Shown one piece after another: positions 23,600-34,182 of a stretch of DNA of 64,000 nucleotides (position 1 is the first letter of the stretch; every line of letters starts with the position of its first letter). Source of the stretch: Pristiophorus japonicus (lineage: Eukaryota). Where the stretch lies: assembly GCF_044704955.1 (NCBI RefSeq), contig NC_091988.1:4154001-4218000 (forward strand), written 5' to 3'. A program made the translations under genes and the position numbers. The notes under the pieces were generated by a model. The model did not search any database, had not been told where the DNA came from, and saw only the letters and a list, made by a program, of their open reading frames with translations.

Positions 23600-23681
23600 G
23601 GCAGAATGGATCGAGGCAGAATGGATCGAGGCAGAATGGATCGAGGCAGAATGGATCGAGGCAGAATGGATCGAGGCAGAA
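23600..23681 (+). repeat. Perfect 15-bp minisatellite (GGCAGAATGGATCGA) x5.5
   Basis: Read directly; encodes (RQNGS)5 in the gag frame. Confidence 0.97.
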
Positions 23682-26600
23682 GTCTACACATAACCCTAAA
23701 TATGAGGGTAAGCCAAAAGTTCATGCACTATATGAAGAGTTGATTTTGAAGTCGTGACTGTAAAGATGCTTGGTAAAGTTGATCGCACAATCAAGGACAA
23801 AGCTGACAGAAAGTATCCGAACAAGATTATGGCTACCTTCTCCATTAAAGGTCATATGGTAAAAATGCAAATCGATTGTGGGGCCACATGCAATGTGCTA
23901 CCTCTTAGATACTTACCAAGAGGCTTAAAGATAAAAGAATCTCAGACAATACTGTCACTATTTGACAACCATGCAACCATTGCAGTGGTAGGGACTTGTA
24001 ACGTGCCACTGGGAAAATACAAGGAACAAGCAAAGTACATTGCACCCTTCATGATCATTGAGGGCCAAAGTGCCCCACTGATTGGCTCACGCACTGCTCA
24101 ACAGCTACAACTGATAAAAGTGCAGCATCAGAATATCGCGGTGGTAAATGAACCACGCAAATCGCAAACTACGAACAAGGCAAACATCTCGCTAGCATCA
24201 AAATCTGATGTCAACAATACATATCTGGATATGTTTAAGGGATTTGGACACATGCCAGGGACAGTTGACCTTGAACTTAATGAATCAGCGACACAAGCAG
24301 TAATGCCACCCAGACGGGTGCCAATAGCGATCAAACAAACGCTAAAAGAGGAACTCGATCGGAAAGATACAAGTATGTATCGACCCTCAACATCTGAACA
24401 ATGCCCTGAAACACGTACACTATCCACTTCCTGTGATCGATGACATCTTGCCACAGCTGTCAAATGTAAAGGTCTTCACTAAAGCAGACTGCAAGGAGGG
24501 TTTCTTGCAATGTGAACTAGACATAGCGTCCTCCTACCTCACGACCTTCCAGACTCCATGGGGACGATATCGATATAATAGAATGCCATTTGGCAATCTT
24601 TCCATCCCAGGAATCTTTCAGCAGAAGCGAGACCAGAACCTCGAGGGTCTAGATGGAGTCTATAAGATTGCAGATAATATCTTGATCACTGAATGCAGTG
24701 AGACACTTAAAGAGACCAATCACGATCATAACGCAAACTTACGCAAATTCATAGGGATGCAGAGAGCGAAACATCAAAATAAAGTTCAATATGTTTGAAT
24801 ACACGAGCTCCCAAGTGAAACACATGGGACACATACTGTCTAGTGATGGGCTCAAACCGACCCAAACAAAGTGGTCGCAGTCAATGAAATGCAGAAACCG
24901 CAGGATGTCGCAGGTGTTCAGCGATTTGTCGGCAAGACAGAGTACCTCGCAAAATTTTTGCCAGCTCTTTCAGACCTCAGTGAGCCTCTGTGAAGGCTTA
25001 CTCATAAAAACATGGTCTGGAAATGGCCTGAAAAACAAGACAAAGCGTTTGAAGCGTGACAGATTCTCTGGTGCTCAGGTACTTTGACACAAATTTGCAA
25101 CCCAAGCTCAAGGAGATGCTTCAAGCAAGGGTCTTGGGTTCCTCCTTCTGCAACAGGGACAACCAATTGCATACATGAGCCGAGCACTCACTCCAGCAGA
25201 AAGGCGATAATCTCAAGTTGAAAAGGAGCTGCTTGCTCAAGTCTTCAGAATGGAACAATATGTATATGGTTGCAAGATCACGCTATGGACAGGCCATAAG
25301 TTTGGTTGCTAAATGACACAAGCTGTTATCTGCAGCACCAAAGCGTTTACAATGTCTGCTCATTTGGCTCAACCAATATGACATCGAAATAAAGTATCAA
25401 CCAGGAAAAGGAATGTACCAAGCAGACATCCTCTCATGCGCATACCTCGAAAACATGGAGTGGTCACTGACAGAAATTGTAATGGAATGCATCCACATGG
25501 TGGACTTTGTCCCACTCTCCAAACAAGGACTGACTACCATACAACGCGCAACTGCAAGCGACTGCACACTACAACTGGTCATACAACAAATCACAACGGG
25601 ATGACTAGAAACCACACATGAATGCCCATCTGAAACGCATGCATATTTCAAAGTTCGTGACGAACTCACAACATAGGATGGCATAGTCTTCAAAGGCTAT
25701 CGATGTGCCATACCAAAATCCCTGAGTTCCGACACTGGTCAGCGACTTTATGCTGCTCACACTGGCATCAAGAGGACTCTTCGACGTGCTAGAGAATCCG
25801 TTTACTGGCCAGGACTGAACCGTGACCTAAAAGACTATGGGCTAGAACGTGCACTTTTTTTGCATGCTTAACACCCACTTAACACCCATTTTATCGCTGA
25901 AGTGACGTATAACGCCCATATATCCCCCATTTTGGCACAAAATGGAAACTGACGGGCATTTTTAGAAAACTTATCGCTGAGTGTTACTTTCCCCATGTGC
26001 TTAACACCGGGAAAAAATATTACTGCCCACCCACTTTTTTGGGTCAGAATGACCAGAATGGGTGAAATCGTCGCCCATAATATCGCCCAGCGTTACTTTC
26101 CGCACGGAATTAACGCCGAGATTCAATAATACCGCCCGGCCACTTGTTTTTGGCGTAAAGAGCACATTTGGCGAAACTAACACCCAGGAGATCGGCCACC
26201 GACACTTCCCCCACCTCGCACACATATCGCCCACAATATCGCTCGCCCAAAAAACCGCCCAGAAAAAGTGGAACTCTTCTGAACGAACGCCAGTGGTGTG
26301 GCTGGCATTTTTAAAATCCCACTCTTACGTGAGGAGCTGATATCGGAATGATTTGCCTGAAAGAGCGCTGATGTGAGTGACAATGCTGACACACTGCTGT
26401 GTTTGTGCAGCTCAGACATCAATGGTGCCCATCACCTTGGTGCCAGTTAAAGTTTACGTTGATTGATGTTAAGTTATATTTAACCCTTTCATGTTAAGGA
26501 ATCATCAGTGTGTAACGGTGCAGCTATCTGAGACAATGTACAACAAGGTTATGTTCAATAACAAAAATTTTATACCAACATTGGTCTGAAATCATAAGTA

Positions 26601-26818
26601 TCACAGACAACAACACCCAACCCCCGCCCACACCCCACTTTTTCAACCATTTGCATCAATCACATGTTCAACACGTCCAGCAACACAGAATACAAAGACA
26701 AAGCAGGAGCGTGGTCCCCAGCCCCCATACATTGCAACAAATTGCATACACCCAGATGGAGATATAACACCGCCATCACCTGTGGACATGCACCTCACTT
26801 TCCTTCCCCCCTCTCCTT

Positions 26819-26935
26819 GGGGTATGGAGAGAAAGCAGGTACTGAGGGAATGATCTGCCATGATCTTATTGAATGGCGGTGCAGGCTCGAAGGGCTGAAT
26901 GGCCTACTCCTGCACCTATTTTCTATGTTTCTATG
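26819..26935 (+). mobile_element. Short CR1 tail inside Harbinger
   Basis: GGGGTATGGAGAGAAAGCAGG...TTTCTATG. Confidence 0.85.
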
Positions 26936-26936
26936 T

Positions 26937-28449
26937 GTCTCCCCATCTCTACCTTCCCCACCTCGCTCCACAGCATCTGGCCGAGGAGCTCCTCAGGCAG
27001 TGCCTCATTGAGGGGGATGAAGGCAGATGCGTTGGTTGCACGGGTACGGGAGCGGGGGCTGCCGAGGGGGCAACATTCTCTGATGCAGAAGCAGGATCTT
27101 GGTCTTTGCTCTCATCTGTCGTTCGCAGTGGTGGTGCGGAACCTAGGGGTGGAGTGCCGTGCTCGGGAACCACTGGGAGGCCTGTGGCAACAGTGTTCCT
27201 GGCTATCACATCCAGAGCCTCCGCCATCCGCGGAATGTACTCAGTCTTGGTGGCCAGCTGTCGGTACATGCCCCCCAATGCTTCGATGAGCTGGTCACAA
27301 AAATCTACAGTCCTCCTGGACGACTGTACCATCTCTCTGCTCTCATGTGGCGTTTGCAGAACAGACCTGCCGCGTCCACGGGACCTCCGTGGGGTCGGCG
27401 CCATCCTGGGGACAAATGGGCCCTGTGGTGATGTGCTTGAGGCCGGAACCTCCAGGATGGAGGCGGGAATGACTGGAGGACCACTAGATGGCCTTGGGGT
27501 GGAATGGCTTCTGGAGCGTGGCAATGCAGGTTCCTCGAAGTCCGCGCTCTCATCCATGGAGAACAGACCCAGCGGATTGACGGGCGAGAATCGGAGCCCC
27601 TCAGCACCAGGTGTAGGTTCGTCCGGAGAGTCTGGCCCCTCACCCTCACCTTCTGGCCTCTGTGGCTTTGCCTTGGGACGCGCTGCTGGCTGAGCTGCAA
27701 AACACAAATGAGGTTATTAGAGGAGAAGGGGGTGCTAGGGTGACAAGGTGAGTCCAGCGCTACACACAGTATATCCACGACAAAAGCACCACTGCTCTCA
27801 AAATCATCGCAGACATCACATTTCATGACCATCAACACATTTGCATTCCAGTGATTTTTATTAGGCCATCATTATTTCTATGACAATTTTAGAGATCATC
27901 TATCATACATGATTGTTCGGATATGAGTTGGTGTAGCATCTATTGACTTTACATCACGCAATGGTGTAAGCTTTACTCACATGGCATCACTTCAGGGTCT
28001 GCAGATGCGTCCGTGGCTGTCCGGGGGTGTTTCCCCACGAGTGCGAGCACACGCTCCTCCATGTCAGTGATGTCGCTGGGGACTGGTGGCCCCCCACCCG
28101 TTCACCTCTGCACGGACCTCATCGGCAATAGCTTCTTCTGTAAAGGTGACAGGACGACATGGCATGAGATCATTGCGTGATATCATTGCTAGGTAAACAT
28201 AGAAACATAAAAACATAGAAAATAGGTGCAGGAGTAGGCCATTCGGCCCTTCTAGCCTGCACCACCATTCAATGAGTTCATGGCTGAACATTCAACTTCA
28301 GTACCCCATTCCTGCTTTCTCGCCATACTGTCATAGATACTGATACAACACATAACCGACAGATGTAATCATGATTATTATGAAAATGATCATTCTTTAC
28401 CTAAAGACGTACACCATGACCGCTGTGATGCCTCCTCCTCTCTCTCCAT
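26937..28449 (-). pseudogene. Harbinger ORF2 (Myb/SANT-like accessory gene), spliced; Myb domain deleted
   Basis: Exon 28137-27981 reads KKLLPMRSVQR*TGGGPPVPSDITDMEERVLALVG with AG/GT ends. It is phase-compatible with a long exon starting at 27694 (ORF 26949..27707). Confidence 0.75.
28197..28328 (-). mobile_element. Short CR1 tail in the Harbinger ORF2 intron
   Basis: Reverse complement of the young CR1 3' end at about 37590-37712. Confidence 0.88.
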
Positions 28450-28987
28450 AATAGGCCAAATTTGGGCAAATATGTGACTGGTAACAGCGACTTTTTGTTT
28501 GCCTCCTTGCTGTGAAGCTCTAAAGTCTCCCTCCTTCCTCCCAAAGCAGCCACACCACACCCAGCCACGCCTTCAGTCCCTCTGAGCTCCCTCTCTCTCT
28601 CTGTCTCCTCTTCTGCGCATGTCATGATGACCCTTGACCTCCTGAATCACAGGAATCGAGCGTTGCCATGCCGTTGCTAAGGACAGCCACACTTTACGGC
28701 AGTAGGTCAAAAAATTTAACGCTACCGCCCATTTTATATCGCTCGCGGTAACACCCATTTTCAAAGTTGGAGACTAGGTGTTTTGAGAATGGGCGAGAAG
28801 CCGGCGATCTGAAAACCCTTTTTTAACACCCACGACGGAAATATCGCCCATTTTTGCACAAAAGTGGTGGTTCTAGCCCCAGGTTTCAAAGTGTGAAATA
28901 TGTAACACCTATCAATCGAGCCATCCAAAAGAACCATTGATAAGTCACAACCTCCCTCAGAGACTGTGGGAAAAGATTGCTTGTGAC

Positions 28988-29660
28988 ATACAGCAAGTGA
29001 TCAGGAAGGCCAATGGTATCTTGGCTTTTATTGCAAAGGGGATGGAGTATAAAAGCAGGGAAGTCTTACTACAGCTATATAAGGTACTGGTGAGGCCACA
29101 CCTGGAATACTGCGTGCAGTTTTGGTTTCCATATTTACGAAAATATATACTTGCTTTGGAGACAGTTCAGAGAAGGTTCACTTGGATGATTCTGGGGATG
29201 AGGGGGTTGACTTATGAGGAAAGGTTGAGTATGTTGGGCCTCTACTTATTGGAATTCAGAAGAATGAGAGACGATCTTATCGAAACATATAAGATTATGA
29301 GGGGGCTTGACAATGTGGATGCAGAGAGGATGTTTCCACTGATGGGGGAGACTAGAACTAGAGGGCAGAATAAGGGGCCACCCATTTAAAACAGATGAAG
29401 AGAAATTTCTTCTTCCAGAGGATTGTAAACCTTTGGAATTCACTGCCTCAGAGAGCTGTGGAAGCTGGGACATTGAATATATTTAAGACAGAAATAGACA
29501 GTTTCTTAAATGATAAGGGAATAAAGGGTTATGAGGAGCGGGTGGGGAACTGGACCTGAGTCCATGATCAGATCAGCCATGATCGTATTGAATGGCGAAG
29601 CAGGCTCGAGGGGCCGTATGGCCGACTCCTGTTCCTATTTCTTATGTTCTTATGTTCTTA
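28988..29660 (+). mobile_element. 5'-truncated CR1 in the Gypsy A integrase
   Basis: QQVIRKANG..RPHLEYC; (TTCTTATG)n tail; host CD|IFTL split. Confidence 0.9.
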
Positions 29661-32600
29661 TATTCACACTCGATGGCAAAGACTACTTATGCACAGTGGA
29701 CTACTACTCGAACTATTTTGAGATAGACAATCTGCATGGAGAGAAAGATGCCACTGTCATCATCAAACACCTCAAGAAACACTTCTCTAACCACGATATT
29801 CCAGACAAGGTTCAATGTGATAATAGACCTCCCTTCAACTCCCAACAGTTCACAAACTTTGCCACAGAATATGGATTCGCTCACGCGACAACTCCACAAA
29901 GCAACGGAAAGGTTGAGAACGCAGTAAAGCTTGCAAAGCCGTTAATCAAGAAGACAAAGAAAGAGTGTGGTGACTTCTACATGAACCTTCTCTTCTGGCG
30001 AAACGCACCAACTGAGGGCTTTGATAGTTCGCCAGCACAACACTTACTCCGTCACCGCATAAAGACAAACATCCGAGTCGCAAATGAACTTCTCAAACCA
30101 AGAATCATACATGACGTCATCGTCAACAAAGAAAGGAACCATGCCAAACAAGCACACTACTACAACAGAGGTGTTACAGCACTTCCTACACTGCAGGAAG
30201 GAGAAACAGTGAGACTCAAACAAATGCAAGACAGCAAAGTGTGGCAAAAAGCTCAGGTTCAGAAACAAATCTGCATTCGTTCATATCAGGTCGTTACAGA
30301 AGCTGGCCGTGAGTATCGCAGAAATAGGAAACATCTGAGAAAGGGCGCTGAGACATTCATCGATACTCCAGAGATCTCAGTGACACCCACACACGATTCA
30401 CTGCCAACACAGCCAACTAACTCACGGTACAGCACCTCAACAACACGTGAAAACAGAGATATGTTGCCTGATATTTCCCCTCAGAGCACTGATAAAGGGA
30501 CTGAAGTGATCAGTGCACAGAGCACCACTGAAACAACCAGTTAGTGCCGAAGCAACAGAATCCGCACAACACTAAAGTAGCTGGAGCACTCTGTACAGAA
30601 ATAAGAAATCATGGACAGTGGACACTTGGATAAAGAACTAATAAGACAAGAGTTTTGTTGTTGTTTGTTAAACGTGTAGTTGTTTAATACATGTATTCAT
30701 AAGAAGTTAACTACCCGTTTATATTGAAGCTAACTTTAATTCATTTTTTTTCTTATGAAAGGAAAGGTGCAACGAGATAATATGTAGCGCCCTCTAGCTA
30801 GGGGGTATCGATATAATGTGTAGCGCCCTCTAGCTCGGAGGTCTTGGGAGCTGTATTGAGAGAGAGGGTCTGTGAAGGAACACCATTTTAAAGCTCCACA
30901 TGGCTGTCTGAGATCTCCCAAATCAATAGAGTTAAATTGAACTAAGAGTGTTCAAGAAACTATAAAAAACAATAGATACACACTAAACTTGTCAGAAAAA
31001 GTTAGGGCTTTTTCATTTCAATGTAAGTAAGTTTTTAATGCCATGATAACTCTTAATGACTGCCAAACAACCTGTGTGGCACTGAAGCTTAAATTTTACA
31101 AGTGTGATGTCTTGTTCCTTCAGATTTTAATTATTGTTGGAAATTTAAAAAATTCAAAAATTGGAAATAATTTTATAAAAATCTTTTCTTCATGTCTCTT
31201 TTATCCCTCTTTTTTAATCCCCTCTCTCTTTCCCTCTGTTTGTTTATTTATCTTTCTATAAATGATTCGGCATTGAATTATTACCAACACTTCCTGTTCA
31301 AATTCTGCGTACCTCATTCAGGATTCTTCAATCTGATTGGTGAAGTAGATACACAGTGCTTACCTTATTCACACAGGCCCCAGATCCCTTGTAGCGGGTG
31401 CCATGTTCAATGGATTTCCAGTCACCACAAGTTCCAGTGCAAAACCCCATCGAAAAACCGTGAGCCAATGTAAGTGTAATGAATGGCTGGTGTCGTTTGT
31501 TCACTGCTGTCCCTAAAGTCCTGGTCTATGTTACAAGAAAGATTCTTATAACTTCGCATCGTTCTGTACAAAATGATATTGTGTATTAATTGGATATTAT
31601 TGGAGTTGAAAACTCTAATTTGGAGGTTCTGATATTTAGGTTATCGGCAAGCCAAAATTGATAAAAAATAATGCAGGATTATGTCCATTGACTGGCTGTT
31701 ATGGATTACATGCTCATTGTACCAACTCAGAACAACTCATTTACAAGGGCACACCCACCCCGAGATTAGCAGGACTCGGACACCTTCTTCTCAGGCCTTA
31801 AGCCCTCAGGATCTGTACATTTGGATAAAATAATTGGAAGCATATACCTGTAGGGATTGGATATCCACACTAAACTACCTGGAAGAGAAAAATTCTAGCA
31901 AGACGCTGAGCATTTGGGTAATATATTTAGAAATTGTAGGCTTGCTTTTCACCGTTGGTTTCAATTTTTCTGATGACATGGAAGAAATATTTGGCTCCAG
32001 TGAAAATTCCTATAAATGTAAGGATTTGAAATGTATTGAAGACAATCAGGAAGAAGGAATCAACATAGATGCAATTCCCCTTTAAATAACAGATCTTTTT
32101 TTCTCAACTTGTACTTTGCATAGAACATATTTTGTAATTAAAAGTGAAAAAAATTGCCGCAGCCAATCAATAAATCCCTAAAAGTGAAATGTTTTAATAT
32201 AGAAATGATGGGGTCAAATTCTATCAGTGTGCAAGTAGATTGGGTTATCAGTTGGTGGAATTCAAATAACTGTAATTGTCTGTATTATTTCAAACAACAT
32301 TAACTCGAAATAAAAGTACTGACCACATCCTTTTTCAAGTGTATTATGAAACCAATAACATGATTGTGTGCATGTCTGGACAGAATAGAACCATTTAGTC
32401 TTAGCACTTGAGAATGTGCAGTACCTTCATGCTGCTTTAATCTTATAATAGGAACATTGTGACATTGTGAAGCACTGGCCTACAAGTTTGTAATAGCTAA
32501 AATATAGATCCATAGCATCCAATGTTATATTATTGCTAAAATGCTCCTGCATCGTTACCTCTGGTGTCCCCCCAGGATCTATCCTTGGCCCCCACCTATT

Positions 32601-33086
32601 TCTCATCTACATGCTGCCCCTTGGTGACATCATCCAGAAACACGGAGTCAGTTTCCACATATATGCTGATGACACCCAGCTCCACCTCACCACCACTTCT
32701 CTCGACACCTCCACGATCTTTAAATTGTCAGACTGCTTGTCCAACATCCAGTTCTGGATGAGCAAGAATTTTCTCCACTTAAATATTGGGAAAACCAAAA
32801 CCGTTTTCGGTCCCTGCCACAAACTCCGTTCTGTAACCACTGACTCCATCCCTCTCCCTAACATCTGTCTGAGGCTGAATCAGACTGCTTACAACCTTGG
32901 TGTCATACTTGATCCTGAAATGAGCTTCTGACCACATATGCACGGTATAACTGCCTATCTTCACCTCTGTAACATCATCTGTCTCCCCCCCCTGCCTCAG
33001 CTCATCCGCTTCTGAAATCCTCATCCATGCCTTTGTTATTTCTAGACTTGACTATTCCAATACACTCCTGGCTGGCCTCTCACGTT

Positions 33087-33251
33087 AGACTTTCTTCATT
33101 TAAAATTAGTTCAATTTTCTAAAAACACCAGCTGAATTCTGAAGTCAACAAACTATCTACAACCATTAGCTAATGTGTACACCACTAGTTTTTAAAGTCC
33201 TATGAGTCAGCTGGGGGGGGGGCGGGAAATGGGGGTAAAGTGAGGGAGAGT
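33087..33251 (-). repeat. Inverted diverged copy of 34700-34852 inserted into L2
   Basis: Reverse complement aligns along the donor (CATAGGACTTTAAAAACT, CATTAGCTAATGGTTGT, ACTAATTTTAAATGAAGAAAGTCT). Confidence 0.88.
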
Positions 33252-33432
33252 ATTTACCCGACGTAAACTTGAGGTCATTCAAAACTTGGCTGCCTGTGGC
33301 CTAACTCACATCAAGTCCCGTCCACCCACCCCTGTGCTCGCTGACCAACATTGGTTCCTGGTTAAGCAACCCCTCGATTTCAAAATTTTCATCCTTGCTT
33401 TCAAATCCCTCTATGGCCTCGCCCCTCCCTAT

Positions 33433-34182
33433 GGGCTCAATTTTCCCCAAAGCATTTTTTTGGCGTACTTGAAAATTTACGGCCGATTTTTTGGTGCTTA
33501 AGTACGCCAAAAAAAAATATTCTAAATTTCCCCGTTGGGTTTCTTCATTTTGGCGTGGCCTAACCCGACCTTTAGTTTTGGGGGTGGAGCCTTGATCTAC
33601 GCCAAAAAGATCGGGCTGCCATAGTAACCAGGGACACAATGCGAGCTGAGGCTGCAAAGTGAAGCATACAGCCAGCTCCCAACACATGAAAAGAATCGAA
33701 AAACACAGAGCAGCAACTTACCTCCAACTCCACCCGAAGGGCTTACCGGTCCGGCCCCATTCTCGGTCTCTCTCTCTCTCTCTCTCACACACAGAACCGG
33801 GGACCGAGAATGGGACCGGACAGCCTTCGGGCGGGGTTGGAAGTAAGTTGCTGCTAGTGTTTTTCAATTCTTTCAGTGTGTCCGGGCATCTGCTGCGCCG
33901 ATTTCCTTAACTCTAGGGAAGGTTTTTCTGCAGAGGCCACATACGCTGGCCTAATCAGAACTGGAGTAACTCTCAGCTGGCCAAACTTCCCTAAATGGCC
34001 AGAATTGGAGTAGGTGGCTGGTTACACCCCCTTTGGCTGAAAAGAAAACTGACCGAAAAAAATGTAACTAACTGAGTTACACTGGTACAAATTGATCGAG
34101 GAAACTGTGGTTTTTCAACTTAGGCCAAAAAGAGCGGACTGCTCCAAACAAACGGCGCAAATCACCGGGGAAAATTGAGCCC
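33433..34182. mobile_element. PIF/Harbinger-type MITE, 750 bp
   Basis: Perfect 16-bp TIR GGGCTCAATTTTCCCC / GGGGAAAATTGAGCCC; 3-bp TSD TAT; L2 host sequence resumes exactly. Confidence 0.92.

Larger units (their letters stand above)
22733..23757 (+). pseudogene. Gypsy A gag, disrupted
   Basis: YERYQF..., IRDRIICGI, two CCHC knuckles (CRYCGKSH..C, CTSCGKQNHF..C); CR1 tail inserted. Confidence 0.85.
25839..28879. mobile_element. PIF/Harbinger deletion derivative (3.0 kb) inserted in the Gypsy A integrase region
   Basis: TIRs GGGCTAGAAC / GTTCTAGCCC. Host codons GAC TAT|GTT TCA AAG TGT are split with 3 extra nt (degenerate TSD TAT/CAG). Probable transposase C-terminal stub LLREELISE*FA* at 26322-26360 (+). 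Confidence 0.85.
23754..30544 (+). pseudogene. Gypsy A pol (protease, RT, RNase H, integrase), fragmented
   Basis: QIDCGATCN, TTFQTPWGRYRY..MPFG, IADNIL, VDYYS, QSNGKVENAVK, YRRNRKHL. Confidence 0.88.
19101..30971 (+). mobile_element. Gypsy LTR retrotransposon A, decayed, with nested insertions
   Basis: Truncated 5' LTR 19101-19179 matches the end of 3' LTR 30768-30971 (TG...CA). PBS-like TGTTGTTAGAAG at 19180; PPT GAAAGGAAAGG at 30757-30767. Domain order gag-PR-RT-RH-IN. Confidence 0.9.
18960..31527. mobile_element. Old MITE-like element split by Gypsy A (pieces about 18960-19100 and 30972-31527)
   Basis: Architecture resembles the other MITEs (ATGCGCA motif, AT-rich core, TIR-like right end AAAGTCCTGGTC|TAT); left TIR not found. 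Confidence 0.35.

Noticed and set aside
23600-23681. Short direct-repeat array as a possible CRISPR
   Set aside because: Head-to-tail identical units with no spacers, in eukaryotic DNA with no cas genes.
26899-27693. 264-aa plus-strand ORF
   Set aside because: Antisense shadow of the GC-rich Harbinger ORF2 exon; it starts inside a CR1 tail.
29531-30544. 337-aa integrase-like ORF as a domesticated gene
   Set aside because: Begins in a CR1 3'UTR, lacks the HHCC domain and is part of decayed Gypsy A.
31834-32085. 83-aa ORF in unique DNA
   Set aside because: Non-ATG start, no recognisable motif and no convincing splice signals.
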